Origin: Styela clava
Taxonomy: Eukaryota
Assembly: GCF_964204865.1 (NCBI RefSeq)
Contig: NC_135262.1
Coordinates: 11,966,001-12,030,000, forward strand
Length of the DNA: 64,000 nucleotides
Reading direction: 5' to 3'
Position numbers and translations under genes: made by a program. The notes under the pieces are model-generated. The model made no database searches and had not been told where the DNA came from. It worked only from the letters and a program-made list of their open reading frames with translations. This document shows positions 38,319 through 51,124 of this stretch, in pieces (position 1 is the first letter of the stretch; each line of letters starts with the position of its first letter).

Positions 38319-39893
38319 TTAATATGGTATAAATGGAGGATATTGGCACTGAGTACCACATCCATTTGAACAACAAATTAATCCTTCCGTGCAGTCTACA
38401 TTTGATTTACATTCATTTGAGCAGATTCCAACTCTGTCGTCAACTGGAGGACATCGTGGGTCTGTAACTAAATTGAAGTGAATTAATAAACAATAATATT
38501 AATAGAAGATGTTGTCATCAGTTTTTTTGTTTGATTTTTTTTCAAAACATATTTATAAACTTGGAGCTAGAGTTGTGAAAAACTTCGTAGTTTGCCACTG
38601 CTCACGTAATGCCCTTCTTGCATGCCTTTATGGAGAAATTCTAAACAATAGTTTATCGAATCTGTTTGAATTGTTTCGCCGCATTTTTTTAAATCGACAT
38701 TCTTTAAAATATCAATAAAATCTTCAAACGGGTGCTTTGTGAAATATATTTAAAAATAATTTTTTCCGAAATAATATATATAAATGATTGAGAGATACAT
38801 TACAATTTCATGTTAGGCTACATACCGTTTTTAATCAGTATTCTATACCTCGTAGTATGAGCAAATGAGAGGAAAAGTACTTAAAAACTAAATTTATGTA
38901 GAAAGAAATCTTACATGGTGGTGAGATGCATCTTTGATGGCAACCATTATAGCAACATATATCTCCATTCTTGCATTGGTCATTACTGTAGCATGATGGT
39001 GGAAGACACAATATTCTTTTACGGAGTTCTAACATTCTTGGATTTATTGGCGGGCATCGTTCATCTGAAATTTGAAAGTAAATCCATGTTTTAGAACAAG
39101 AGTATGGGACTTTTTCATTCTATATTTTTAGAAAATATTATTTCTTGTATGAGCTCAATTATAATACTGCAAGAATTTGTCAGTTTTTTTGGGAACGACA
39201 AACAAATCTAAAGACCAATGATCACACACTCTCAAACTTGATAATTTTCCATTGTCTTGGATTTCCTCGTACTTAAAATATATTTGTTTCCTATTTTAAA
39301 TTTATATCTCGATACAGATTTGGTCAACTGCCCCATTCTTTCATTTAATTGAATTAGATAAATGGATTCAAATTATTATAAATTTGAAAGGAACAATCCC
39401 ATACCAAGTGGTGCTTTTACACATTGACTTCCACAGCCGTTCGAACAACATATTCTTCCGTAATTACAATCATTGTTTGAGTAACAATTATGAATACAAA
39501 CTCCTATTTGACCGGTTGCATAAGTGGCAGGACATTTTGGATCCCATCTCGGAAATAATCTGATCCCTAAAAGATGATAAATTAACTGTTAGTAATAATA
39601 TTATATTGTAACGCTTTATAATTTAATCAGATTTTATTGTCATTTTACTTTTTTATACATATAAAGTATTTCATCAAATACAGTTTATTGCTTTAAAAGA
39701 AATTCGTATTTTTACTAGGTTAGAAGATTTCAGTTAGTTATTATCCAGCAATCATAGGATATCACATGTTTCAATAATCGGAAATGCCTTGAAATAAAAA
39801 TTGAATTAAATTAACCAATTTCTAATAGTACAAACCTGCATTGACATAGGTGAAGTATAGAGCAAAAAAGATCACACTGGCAACTTTCATCAT
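38319..39893 (-). CDS. WAP1: secreted protein with three WAP (four-disulfide core) domains, 170 aa
   Basis: Exons 39893-39836 (signal peptide MMKVASVIFFALYFTYVNA), 39566-39405, 39064-38915, 38461-38319. All introns phase 1. Each domain exon has 8 Cys in the pattern C..C-x3/4-C-x5-C-x5-CC-x3-C-x3-C. Confidence 0.9.
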
Positions 39894-40708
39894 ACTGTCG
39901 TTGTTTTTCTTTTAAAATTTTCGAAAATCTTTGTTCAATATTGTTTCTTGAAGGTGCAATTTTCAATCTGATTTGAGAACATAAGGAAACGGAGTCATAT
40001 ATATAGGCTATATTGCGAACGACCTTGAGTATTTAATGAATAAATCATCTTGGAAACTCCATATCTTAACATCCTGTCAAAATTCAAGAGTTAATATTTT
40101 ATTAAAGAAATGATTTCATTGAAGGAGAAAATTTGAAAAGTGAATAATAGAATTGAACACGGGAGAAGTCTTATAGTGTTTTAATCGTATATACAAAATT
40201 TAAGATATCCAAATGATGCAACAATCATGACATTGCTTTTTGACATAAAATCCCCATAAATATTTCGTGTACAAAATAAGAAGCTCGTCGTGACAAACTC
40301 ATACTACCTGATTTCGATGGTGCAATTGACATCCCATTGCCCGCGGGTACATACGTACAACCATTGCAACTCACTGAGTCGAAAGCTTTTTAGCTTTGAA
40401 TAACAGGTATATTTATATACAATTAAAATTTATACCGAATACCAAAAATCAATGGACGTGACGAAATAGAGATTGTGGATTGTCTCATTGAAAAAGATGA
40501 CTTTTGACCAGATAAACCTCCTTCAAATAAATGAAGATAATATTAAGCTTACAATTTTGATTATCAAAGATATAGGTAGTTTCCATCGTGCGCTAACGGA
40601 GCATTTGTTTTTATTACGTGGAACATATGACGTGAGCATGGTGATGATGTAACGCGGGTATGATATGTTTACGTAATAGATCATGTGAAAAATATTGTAC
40701 TGCACTAT

Positions 40709-43648
40709 TAGGCCGCGAGCCGAGGCCCTGAAAAACGCCTAGAAAGTGAGTTTCGTAGCGCACATCAGGTAACTACCTAAAAATGATTTTAAAATGTTCC
40801 TTAAAAATTTAGTAACAAATATTGCCTTGTTCCCACTTCCAAAAGTTGCACGTTTTACGGAAAAGACGCTTTTACTACAAGAAATATGTGCTACGATCTG
40901 TCCTATATTCTCTACATTTTCGGCAATGAACAATGACTTCTGCATGACGTAACAATTGAATCGGATCAGCTGTTAGCGAGCGGATGAATATTAGTTATTA
41001 CTGCTCGACCTTGCGTTGAGTTGGGCAGCCTTTCCATAGCCCTGTTTAGTTAATATTAGTTAAGTTATGCTAAGACGTTGTTGAAAAATGTATAAGTAAG
41101 TTTTTAAACACTTGTAGATCCTTACCGCGGATATGGGCCGTGAGACGAAGCCTTGAACACGCCCAGAAAATGAGTTTCGTAGCGCACATCTGGTAACTGA
41201 ATAAATTTTTCAGTTTTGTGTGAAAATGAACATACTGAACGCATTACAGCTTGTTCCACAATCCTGATGCGAAATTGAATATAAAGAGGTTCCCGGAAAT
41301 TCAATAACCATAAGTTTACAACACATACATAAGAACTATGCAATTCGAGAGCCCTACAGCACACTAACACAAATGTATTCCTGTAATGTTTTGCCTGACC
41401 AAAATCGGACTTCCTCAGTCAATCATAATTTATTAGGTAGATTAAGAAAAATATGGCATACATGTAACCAACAACAAAAAATACTTTAATTGTGTGACAA
41501 GAGTCGCGAGTGACCTCGAAAGCAGCGACACCAACAATGCTGATTCACATTAGCGAATTAATTTTATGTAATAACCACAAGCAGTTTACAACAAGAACAG
41601 CATAAAAAGCTACATCCATTTTATAGAAGCTATCAAACGTATTTATTTTTGGGCCATGAAGTCACAAATTAACATCGTGAGCACGAAAACACAAATAAAT
41701 CAGTTATTTCTCACTTGGAAATTTACCGGAAAAGTCAAGAAAATTAAATGAATGTACAATATGTACATAACATAGTGAACAGAAATATTACAATTAGTCT
41801 TTTTTTAGTTTATGTGGTTATGTATTTGAACAAAGGCAATATCATTTCTAGAAACAGGACTACGACACTAACAAATGTCCGAAAAAAATAAAATAAATGA
41901 TACTTATTAAATCAACTACAATATCTAATTCACTTTCTTCTGAATTGTTTTCGAAATCCACTATCTCGAAATGTGATTTTTGCAGTCAATACAAAAACAA
42001 AAATCTGTGCAATTTAAGTTGATTTTGGCACACTTGCATATATTATTTTGACTATTTTTCTTACACTTGCAGTTTGCCAACTCAAGAACTGATTTGAGGG
42101 CCACATGCTTCGTCAGTGAATCATTGTTGGGTGATAGAGTATAATCCTTACGTTTGTCAGTGTTAAATAGACGTGCCCTGGTATCATTTACATTCTTCAT
42201 ATTCTCTTCATACAGTGAACAAACAAATTCCTCAGCTTTATTTAATAATGCCTCGTTAAGTAACCATAGATCTTCATAGTTGAGAAAAAATGAATTGAAA
42301 ACCTCAATGAAGTCTCCAACATGAGTTTGATGGGCAGTTCCAATTGCAAAAAAGTGCTAAAGTATTTCAATATGAATAGCCCATCTGAGCTGTTTGCAAC
42401 TATTATGATTCTCATATACCTTTACTCTTCAAGACTTCTTGTTTAATCCATTTTATAGCACTGATAGCAGCAGGGATTAGAGCCTGCGTTAGGTCGGATT
42501 GATGAATAATTGCCGTTTTCTTTCGTAGTACAGTAGTCTATCTAAAATGAGAAAGAAAATCATATTTGGAACAGTATGAGTGAAAATGCCACTAAATACT
42601 AACTAATACCTTGAATACATAATGCATTTTATCTGATGAACTCAATGAGCGTATATATGCTCATTGCATGTAGCCTACTACAGTCCAGCAGTGTTTGCAT
42701 ACCAGTACTAGACAATATCTACACTAAATTTTGATATAGCCTATCACAGTCTGAAATGCCCTATGACAGTATGAGTATGGACTATAGACTATATTAAAAC
42801 ATCAACTGTCTGTCTACAACTTGATTTCTCACCTCTCAATCGTTTCCAATGCTACTTTTCTTTCCACTCGGGCATAACTTATCATTGCTTCCCAGGTTCT
42901 TGTCGACTCTATGAATTTAGATTTAGACCAACCGACATTAGTAAAATTGATTAATTCCTTCTCTTTCACACAACCGTGCATCACAGAAACAGCCATTAAT
43001 TTCTATTTTCAAATATGCTGTGGCCTATATAGTAGTATAAGTCTGCTGAATAGTCAAGAAGAGTCATTAAATTAATCATAAACATTTCATGCAAGCCAGA
43101 AAATATCGTTGTTTGTGACATATTATTCTAGGTCTACCCTTCCTTGGAGTTACCGCACCGTACCTGTTTAACAACGTCTTATGAGCTAGTGCTCAACTAA
43201 AATTGCTATTTATGGTAAGGATATACAAGTGTTTAATATCTTACTTATATTTTTCAACACCTCCTTAGAATAACTGAACTAATAATAACTGAAAAAAACT
43301 ATGGAAAGGCTACTCAACGCAAAAGCGAGCAGCAGTAGTAGTACATCTGATATTCATCCGACCACTGGGGATTCACCTACAGCTGACTAATTTGATTGTT
43401 ACGTCATGCATGAGTCTGCGTTCATTGGCCCGTGATACCGGAAAAGCAGAGAAAATAGGACAGATGGTAACACATAATTACTGTAGTAAAAGCGTCTTGT
43501 AAAACGTTGTAAAACGTGCAACTTTTGGAAGTGGGAACAAGGCAATATTTGTTACTAAATTTCTAAGGAACATTTTAAAATCATTTTCAGGTAGTTACCT
43601 TATGTGCGCTACGAAACTGAAAGATAAATGGCCTCGGCTCGCGGCCTA
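40709..43648 (-). mobile_element. Academ-like DNA transposon, internally deleted
   Basis: Terminal TAGGCCGCGAGCCGAGGCC inverted repeat extended by ~400 bp of imperfect TIR. TSD TAT (40706-40708, 43649-43651), empty site at 54622-54624. Internal remnant 41961-42200 (R..LF...L.P..DSL..H, then LELANCKCKK...CKCAK..LNCTDFCFC..C.N) resembles the Cys-rich C-terminus of Academ transposases. Confidence 0.8.
41355..41420 (-). ncRNA. Degenerate homolog of the hammerhead motif at 1811-1870
   Basis: Minus strand CTGAGGAAGTCCGATTTTGGTCAGGCAAAACATTACAGGAATACATTTGTGTTAGTGTGC aligns with 1823-1882. GAAA is mutated to AAAA. Confidence 0.6.
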
Positions 43649-45170
43649 TATTAATGAACAAGGGTAGAATAACAATAACTCCATGTTACTAAAAACGCTT
43701 TGAGTGGCAAAAATGATTGGCGACTTCTTCTAGGACTGAAGGGTCATTCTATTTTAGTAAGCGACAAACTGGGTGTTAAAAAGATATTACACTGCTATAT
43801 GGTGGGTAAAATTTCATCCGACCATATTTCATAAAAAGTGGAAAATTGAGAAATTCCTTGTTTTCAGTTTACAGTGTACAATTGATTGTATTAGCTAATG
43901 CTTCAATCAAGTAATCTAGAAAAAATATATGTACTACATATTATTAAATATGTAATATAATACCATTACAAAACTAAACGATATTAAAAAACTATATCAA
44001 ATACAAAGTAATTTTTTTGCATTTACACCTCGAAAAAACAACACCCTCAGCTGCGAAGGAATTCATATCCGCATGGGAAGCGATGCAAAAGACCTTATAA
44101 CAAGACTATTTAGGACCTTAGGTGGACAGGTCACGGTATAAAACGTTTTCGAGCTTGAAATAATTTTTGTATCCTATTCAAATGGAGAAAAGAAATACTA
44201 CGGACCCTCGGCTGGGTGACACGTACCCGATAGGCCACAGGTTTGGACAAGAAATGTGATATTTTGATGGGACATGCAAATTTTCTGGTACTGTCTTCAT
44301 AGCAAGTAAATCAAAAAGATAGATTTAAACAAAACTTTGTTCATCAAAACTTATATTTATTATGATAGAAAATCATATAAATGTACTAACTGTAAGTGAG
44401 GACTCCAACGCACAATTAGGCATGAATCAAAATCACAGATTCATCTAATACCAATCCTTTAATAGAAATGAAGAACATTTGGATGAGTTTTTGAAATAAT
44501 TCGGGCTGGTTTGAGTCAGCACTCACTTCCAACAGAGAAAAGGAAAACTTTGGACGTTTACATGCGCTGATAGACAAAAAGCCTCACTTGACTACATAAT
44601 AGGTGATTATGAATAGTGCTAAAAATTGCGAATCTTATCACTTCAGAGAAAGAATCTCGTCGAATCATCGCATAATCATATTTAAAATCAAATTCAGACT
44701 ACGAGCAAACAAGTTGAGCACATCGGCAACTACAACTTTTCTTTTGAAAATTTTTGAATTATGACAGGATGTTAAGTTATGGAGTTTCCCAGATAATTTA
44801 TACTTTAAAAACTCAAGGTCGTTCGCAATATAGCCTATATATATGACTCTTTTCCCTATGTCCTCAATTGAGTTAGAAAGTTGTATCTTCAAAAAGCAAT
44901 ATTGAACAAAGATATTTGAATCTTTGAGAAAGAAAAACAACGACAATATAATGAAAATTGACAGTGTAATCTTTTTTGCTGTATACTTCGCCAATGTCGA
45001 TGCAGGTTTGTGCAATTAGAAGTTGTTTTATTCGAATTTAATTAGTAATTCTATTCAATATTATTTCGTGCTTATTCATCATCTTTTAGGGATCCGATTA
45101 CTTCCGAGATGGGATCCAAAATGTCCTGTCACTTATGCAACCGATAAAATAGGAATTTGTATTCATCGTT

Positions 45171-45387
45171 GGGTGCTCCCGAAGTATGCTCACCAAGATG
45201 GCGGACATCGGAACGTAACATGGGTAATTTTTTTCCAAATTTCCTTATTTTAGTCCTATTATCAGTTCGAAGACTAGCCAAGAGCCTCCCGTAGTATTCA
45301 TACCTAAAATTATGGCCTAACCCTAACCTAGTACACATGTTACATTCCGATGTCCGCCATCTTGGTTCGCATACTTCGGAAGCCCCC
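45171..45387. mobile_element. 217-bp MITE with ~50-bp TIRs and a 7(-8)-bp TSD; superfamily unassigned
   Basis: TIR GGG[T/G]GCT[C/T]CCGAAGTATGC..ACCAAGATGGCGGACATCGGAA. TSD CATCGTT at 45164-45170 and 45388-45394. The site is uninterrupted in WAP4 (~58803). Contains an internal CCTAACCCTAACCT. Confidence 0.92.
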
Positions 45388-46210
45388 CATCGTTGTTACT
45401 CAAACAATGATTGTAATTACGGAAGAATATGTTGTTCGACCGGATGTGGAAGTCAATGTGCAAGAGCACCACTTGGTATGTGGTTATTCTGTTTACATTT
45501 TTAGTTCCACTGCGTTCAATTATACTAATCTTATTATTATTCAATTAAATCAGAAAATGGGGCTGTTGACTAAATCTGTATCGAAACAGAAAATTAAAAT
45601 ATAAACCAAATAATTCAAGTACGAGACTTTAAATGATCATATTGGCTTTTACTTTCGACGTGACAGCGCATTCCAGCAATAAAAAAATCCTGTCATTGTA
45701 CAAGGAAATCCAACATAACGTAAAGGCATCAAGTTTTTGAAAGGATCATTGGTGTTAGAACTTATTTGTAGCTCTTAACAAAACTGACACATCTTTGCAG
45801 TATTATATTCAAGCTCCTATAAAAAAAACAATCATCTCTCAAAAGCTGGTATAAAAAAAGTCCATAGTTTTGTTCTGATTCGAAAACATAGACTTACTTT
45901 TATATTTCAGATGAACGATGCCCGCCAATAGATCCAAGGATGTTGGAACTCCGTCCAAGAAGATTGTGTCTTCCTCCATCATGCTACAGCAATGATCAAT
46001 GCAAGAATGGAGATAAATGTTGCTATGATAGTTGCCGTCAACGATGCATCTCACCACCATGTACGGTTTCTTTCTACATTTTTTTCTTTCTACAAGTTTT
46101 GAATAATTTTTACATTTCAAGTTTTTCACCTATTTCCTCATACTACGATGAATAAGAACCCTGGTGACAAGCATTATGTACATGAACTTGTAATGTAGCT
46201 CCCAATTATT

Positions 46211-46214
<4 letters not shown>

Positions 46215-46248
<34 letters not shown>
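46215..46248. repeat. (TA)n microsatellite in WAP2 intron 3
   Basis: TA run; a shorter version is present at ~59620-59636 in WAP4. Confidence 0.9.
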
Positions 46249-46253
<5 letters not shown>

Positions 46254-47119
46254 TCGGAAAAGTTCGTTTTTTTATAAATCTTTCACGAAGCACCCGTTCC
46301 TATGCGACACTATGGCAAACTATACGAGTAATGGTAAACTACAAAGTTTTTCACTATCCTAGATCCAAGTGTATGAATATATCTTCATAAAAATCAAACA
46401 AAATAAACTTATGACGAGATCTTTATTTTATATTATTGTTTATTAAGTCACTTTATAATTTAGTTACAGACGCGCGATGTCCTCCAGTTGAAGACAGAGT
46501 TGGAATCTGCTCAAATGAATGTAAATCAAATATAGACTGCACAGGAGGATTGATTTGTTGTTCAAATGGATGTGCTACTCAGTGCCAATATCCTCCATTT
46601 ATACCATATTATTGAATTTGTGTAAAAAATAAAAAAAAATATTATGTAAAACTTGCGTTCTCGAACTTTGCATTAGTATGGATACTATTGGCAATGGTAA
46701 ATATTTACAGTGGCAGTATGATGATACGCGGGAGCCTACGAAATCGCTCGAATAAAAGATTATCGCTGAAGGGATTTTGCGAGCATACATTAGTATATAT
46801 AATATTACGGCCTAAATGAAAAACAATGCCTCCACAAAACATCTATGGGACCTATTAGTAGCAGAGATTCATAATTTTTACAAAGTCATCTTATAAATGA
46901 TTGTTGTTGAACGTCTGATTAGGCTTCAGTTTTTCAATGGCCCACGCAAACGAAGTATATATTTCTGGTGGAATTTATGAGGTCTTTAGACAATTGATTT
47001 TTCTAAAAGAAAAATTTATTGGAGGTGTGAAAAACTGTTGCAAAGTATCAGTGAATGTGCTAACGTATAGAGTCCAGGATCCAAAACATCATTATGTGGT
47101 TTCAAAGCGCCATCTATCA

Positions 47120-48010
47120 GAGGGTGGTCCAAACCCAGGCCCGGCTTCATTATCTGTTGCCCGCGTCGCCATTGCGGGAGGGTAAACAAAATTTGCATTT
47201 GGTGTTGTTTCGTCATAAAAATAACCAGAAAATTCTTTTGACATAATGTTACATCACTAATGTCATGGAATTGACTAGTGTTATGGATAGCTGAGACAAC
47301 TAGCGAAGTTGAATAATGTGCTTGGCAAGTCTAAATTGTTAACAGGCTTTCTATCTTTTTGGTCGGGAATATATGCTAACAAAATAGGCTTCATAGAAAA
47401 CTGAAAATCGATTGCAGAATCTAGTAGCCTAGGTCGACTATGCCTGATAACTAAATATTATTGTTATGGCCGAACAATATAATTCCTGCTGGGTGTTTTT
47501 TTCAACCAGCCTAAACAGTACTACAAAAAATTCTGTCTATTGGCCTGAAAATTCAGTAATTACTCTCCTGTATTTCAAATTTGGTAAAATTCGGTATTCA
47601 ATCAATCCGCAGTTGTTTATTTTGTAAACAAGAGTTTGAAAAGAAAGCTGACCAATTCAACCAGATTTTTGACTGGACATGAGAAGAAAAATACCACAAT
47701 ACTTGTTTGATATGTCTGCAAGTTGTGTCGGTGACAATCTAAAACCCTTTTTTTTCCTTACGGCACTTTCTCCGTTATGAAGAGTTCGAAATTTTACACT
47801 AAATGTAGTTATAGTAAGATTTTTTGTACGTTGTAGTGAGTTTTTGGGTGGTTTTAGCTTGAAAAATGACAAATAATGTTCTATGTGTTTGGACAATAAA
47901 AGTGTTTGTTTCGTATTGCACTGTTTGCCTATTCTTAACACTTTTCTGACCCGCGAACACATCAAGAATAATAGTGTGGCCCGCGAGGCCGTCAACATTG
48001 GACCACCCTG
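47120..48010. mobile_element. hAT-type non-autonomous element
   Basis: TIR (G/C)AGGGTGGTCCAA; flanks ATCTATCA / TTCTATCA (7/8 match); subterminal GGCCCG motifs. Confidence 0.75.
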
Positions 48011-49199
48011 TTCTATCACATGGCTTTATCGCGTAGTCACGACGGTCCTGAAATGTGCTGCAGTGTGTTATGCAGTTTTTCAAAACATTTTTTTTAGTTC
48101 ACTTTACTTTATGCACTTTACAGCTATTAGAATTGCCACACGTTATTCATGTTGATAAATTTCATTTTGACTAATCCATTTTTACATGGGGGAACTGACT
48201 CTGATGACCGTGTGGTCGTATCGCTCCCCCAGTTTATACCGAAAACTTTGCGTATGTTATTATTGTGTGTATGTTTGTTATTGTTGCAACTCATAGCGCT
48301 CGTTTTTCTGGTTTTCGAAAAAATAAATCTCTCTCCGTCCTCATAAACCAGAGAAATGTCTACATTATTAAACTGAATTATTTGAACAGAATTATTTGCT
48401 TTTTTTTTTTGGGGGGGGGGGATTTTTTATATTAAACTATAAAATTCAGCAATGCGATACACTGAAACTCGGAAAGTTTCTCAATTTACCCCCCAAAATG
48501 ACTGTAAAATTTACCGAACATTTCTTATAGTGTAACTTTTTATTATGTTTACTTTCTGTTACGTAGGGTATGCTCTATTGTAACGAAACAATGAAGTTAC
48601 ACACTACTTGCTGCGATTTCGCGAACTGCAATTTCTTTATAGACTGAACTGATCTGAGTGACCTTGAGTGATTGTTTCAGTATTTCAAAAAAATCAGTCA
48701 GAGATGAGGAAGAAGGATTGACATTGTCTTCATTCTTTAGACCTACAGGCTTCCACACTTTTGAAGCATAAAGTACATATTAACGATCACAAAAATGAGT
48801 TTTATTTTAAGGCAACAACTTTTTTTTGTCTAAGTGCTCCATGTGTTTATTCCCCGATAATTTGGCGCCGTACGAACAAAAATTTTGTAATCCGCTGTCT
48901 TAGTATGTATTCAGAACTATGCAAATGTATGATATAAATTGTACACTTCATTGCAGGACTACTCGGTATATTTAGTCTTTGTTCAGTGATTCATCCGGGA
49001 CATTAGTGGATGTACACTGCACAGATGTATATATATACGACAACAAATGTAACAAAGGCTTGAATTTAAAATATGGACGAAAATTGATATTTTGCAGTAT
49101 CTATTTTGTAAATCGCAGCCTATTAAATGATTTAGAAGTGATACGACTCGTACATTTTTGAAATTTACTTCCGAATTGATAGATAGACAAGTCTCAGAT

Positions 49200-51124
49200 A
49201 TGAAGGTGATATGTGCAGGAATGTCTAAATGCGGAACAAAGTCTATGCATTCTGCATTGGAAGAACTGGGGTATACAGTATGCGACTATATCGACGTGTT
49301 TGTTCACTTGGAGAAGAATTACATGAAATTCACTATCGAAGGTTGGAATTCTGATGAATTTCTATCAATTTATAAAGATTACGATGCGTGTGTTGCCAGT
49401 CCGGCATATTATTTTTGGGAGGAATTGATGGAGGTGTTCCCCGAAGCAAAGGTTAGAAATCATACATTCATTCTAAAATTGTAAACATGGAAACGTTAAT
49501 TAAGTGGCTTATCACTCCCATCATCACCATATAAAATTCAGCATATAATTCTACATCAATATTAAAACTTTGGTTTTACTTCTACTATATAGCTAAAACA
49601 ACTTTATTTCATTCGGTTTTTTGTTTTCCTAGGTTATATTGATGGTGAGAGACAATGATGAAATTTGGTACAAAAGTATGAAGAGGCAAATGATTGCGAG
49701 CGGTAGATTGCGTCGTTTCTACTATCCCCTTTTGTCGTCGACCTGGAGAAAATTTGCTGCATATTTGAATAACCCATGTGAGATTTAAAGCTAGGATATT
49801 AAGTACTATACCGAGATAAATATATTGAAATTTGAACAAAAGCCGTTATTCCACACGTTGGAAAACGAGTGATATTGATAGTTCTAAAATTTGAGGAATT
49901 GTATATGAATTTATACATTTGCAGGTTATCTTGCGTTTGGGCATAAAACAACCGGTATGTTCAATTTCACCTTGATCGATACACCAGTACTGCCTTTCAA
50001 GTTAGTTTATAGAAAACATATTGCTCATGTCATTCATGTAAGTAAAATAGTTTCTTTATCAAGTACATTACAGGAAATTATATTCCTTCGTAATATACAA
50101 TTGTTTCAAACTGACTCGACGTGTTTGGTATCGTGCCAAACATATACAGCCAACCAAGTATACAAATACAGCCATTTGGGTGATGTACAAATACTGCCAA
50201 TTCACAAGCATATTTCCCGTGTTAAGAACGATCAGCTGTTGTAAGGCATTATGACTTTATAGATTGCAATTTATTGACATTCCTAAAGGCTTACAACTAT
50301 ATTTAAACAATATAAATATAACAATATAGACTCTCGGATTTGAATGTTAATTTACGGAACCCCTGTACAGTCTTGGTGCAACCCAGGTTGAAAACCACTC
50401 GTCTAAACAAAAATCTCGTGTTGGAACAATCTGTATCACATAATCATAGTTTTGTGTCACTTTGCCAGGATAATATATATAATGCTCAAAATACATTTGT
50501 CAATATTAAAATGTTTTGGAGTTATATATTCAATCAAGTAAAATACTTACAAACACAGCTTTTATGTATCATTATGGCAACATCATTTTGGTGATTACCG
50601 CTGAATGATGCTCAATATCATAATAATTTATTACATGTACTTTTACACTTATCGTGAGCAACTTGGATCAATAGCAGTTTTGGAGTTTCTGTAAGCATTT
50701 TTAACGCACTAATTATATCAAATGTTGTGGGGCAATATGACTTCCTATATATCCGCCCATTCGTCACGAGCAGCGGATTGTTAATGCAACGTTACCAACT
50801 GACTAGTAATTAATTGTAGCGACCATTAGCAGTATCAGTTATATTTTCATATGAATATTACTATTTTTTCTTTTATTCTAGAATTGTCCAAAAAATCGAC
50901 TTCTAATAATCCAATGCAAAAGTGATTGGAAACCGTTATGTGAATTTCTTGGTAAACCCATACCAACAAAACCATATCCGTGGATAAACAAGGATGGTGA
51001 ACTAGCGAATATGCTATGGGAAATGCCTATTTTCAAGCAAGCTCAAAGAGAAATGTTAACAAATGTCACTATATTATTAGCTGGCATTCTGTGCCTGGGA
51101 ATATATGTAGCAAAGATGAAATGA
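49200..51124 (+). CDS. ST5: Sulfotransfer_4-like sulfotransferase, 250 aa, intact
   Basis: Exons 49200-49451, 49633-49777, 49925-50037, 50882-51124, all GT-AG. Tail VTILLAGILCLGIYVAKMK. Confidence 0.88.

Larger units (their letters stand above)
44951..46615 (+). pseudogene. WAP2: three-WAP-domain gene disrupted by a MITE in exon 2
   Basis: Exons 44951-45005, 45090-45475 (162 + 224 nt insertion, frameshifting), 45911-46060, 46470-46615. First ATG has become ATA and there are Asp substitutions in the signal peptide. Confidence 0.88.
24990..47115. repeat. Segmental duplication unit A (ST+, WAP-, WAP+), expanded by transposon insertions
   Basis: 24990-25420 plus 35033-47115 is colinear with 48478-~60160, including introns and intergenic DNA. 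Confidence 0.93.
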
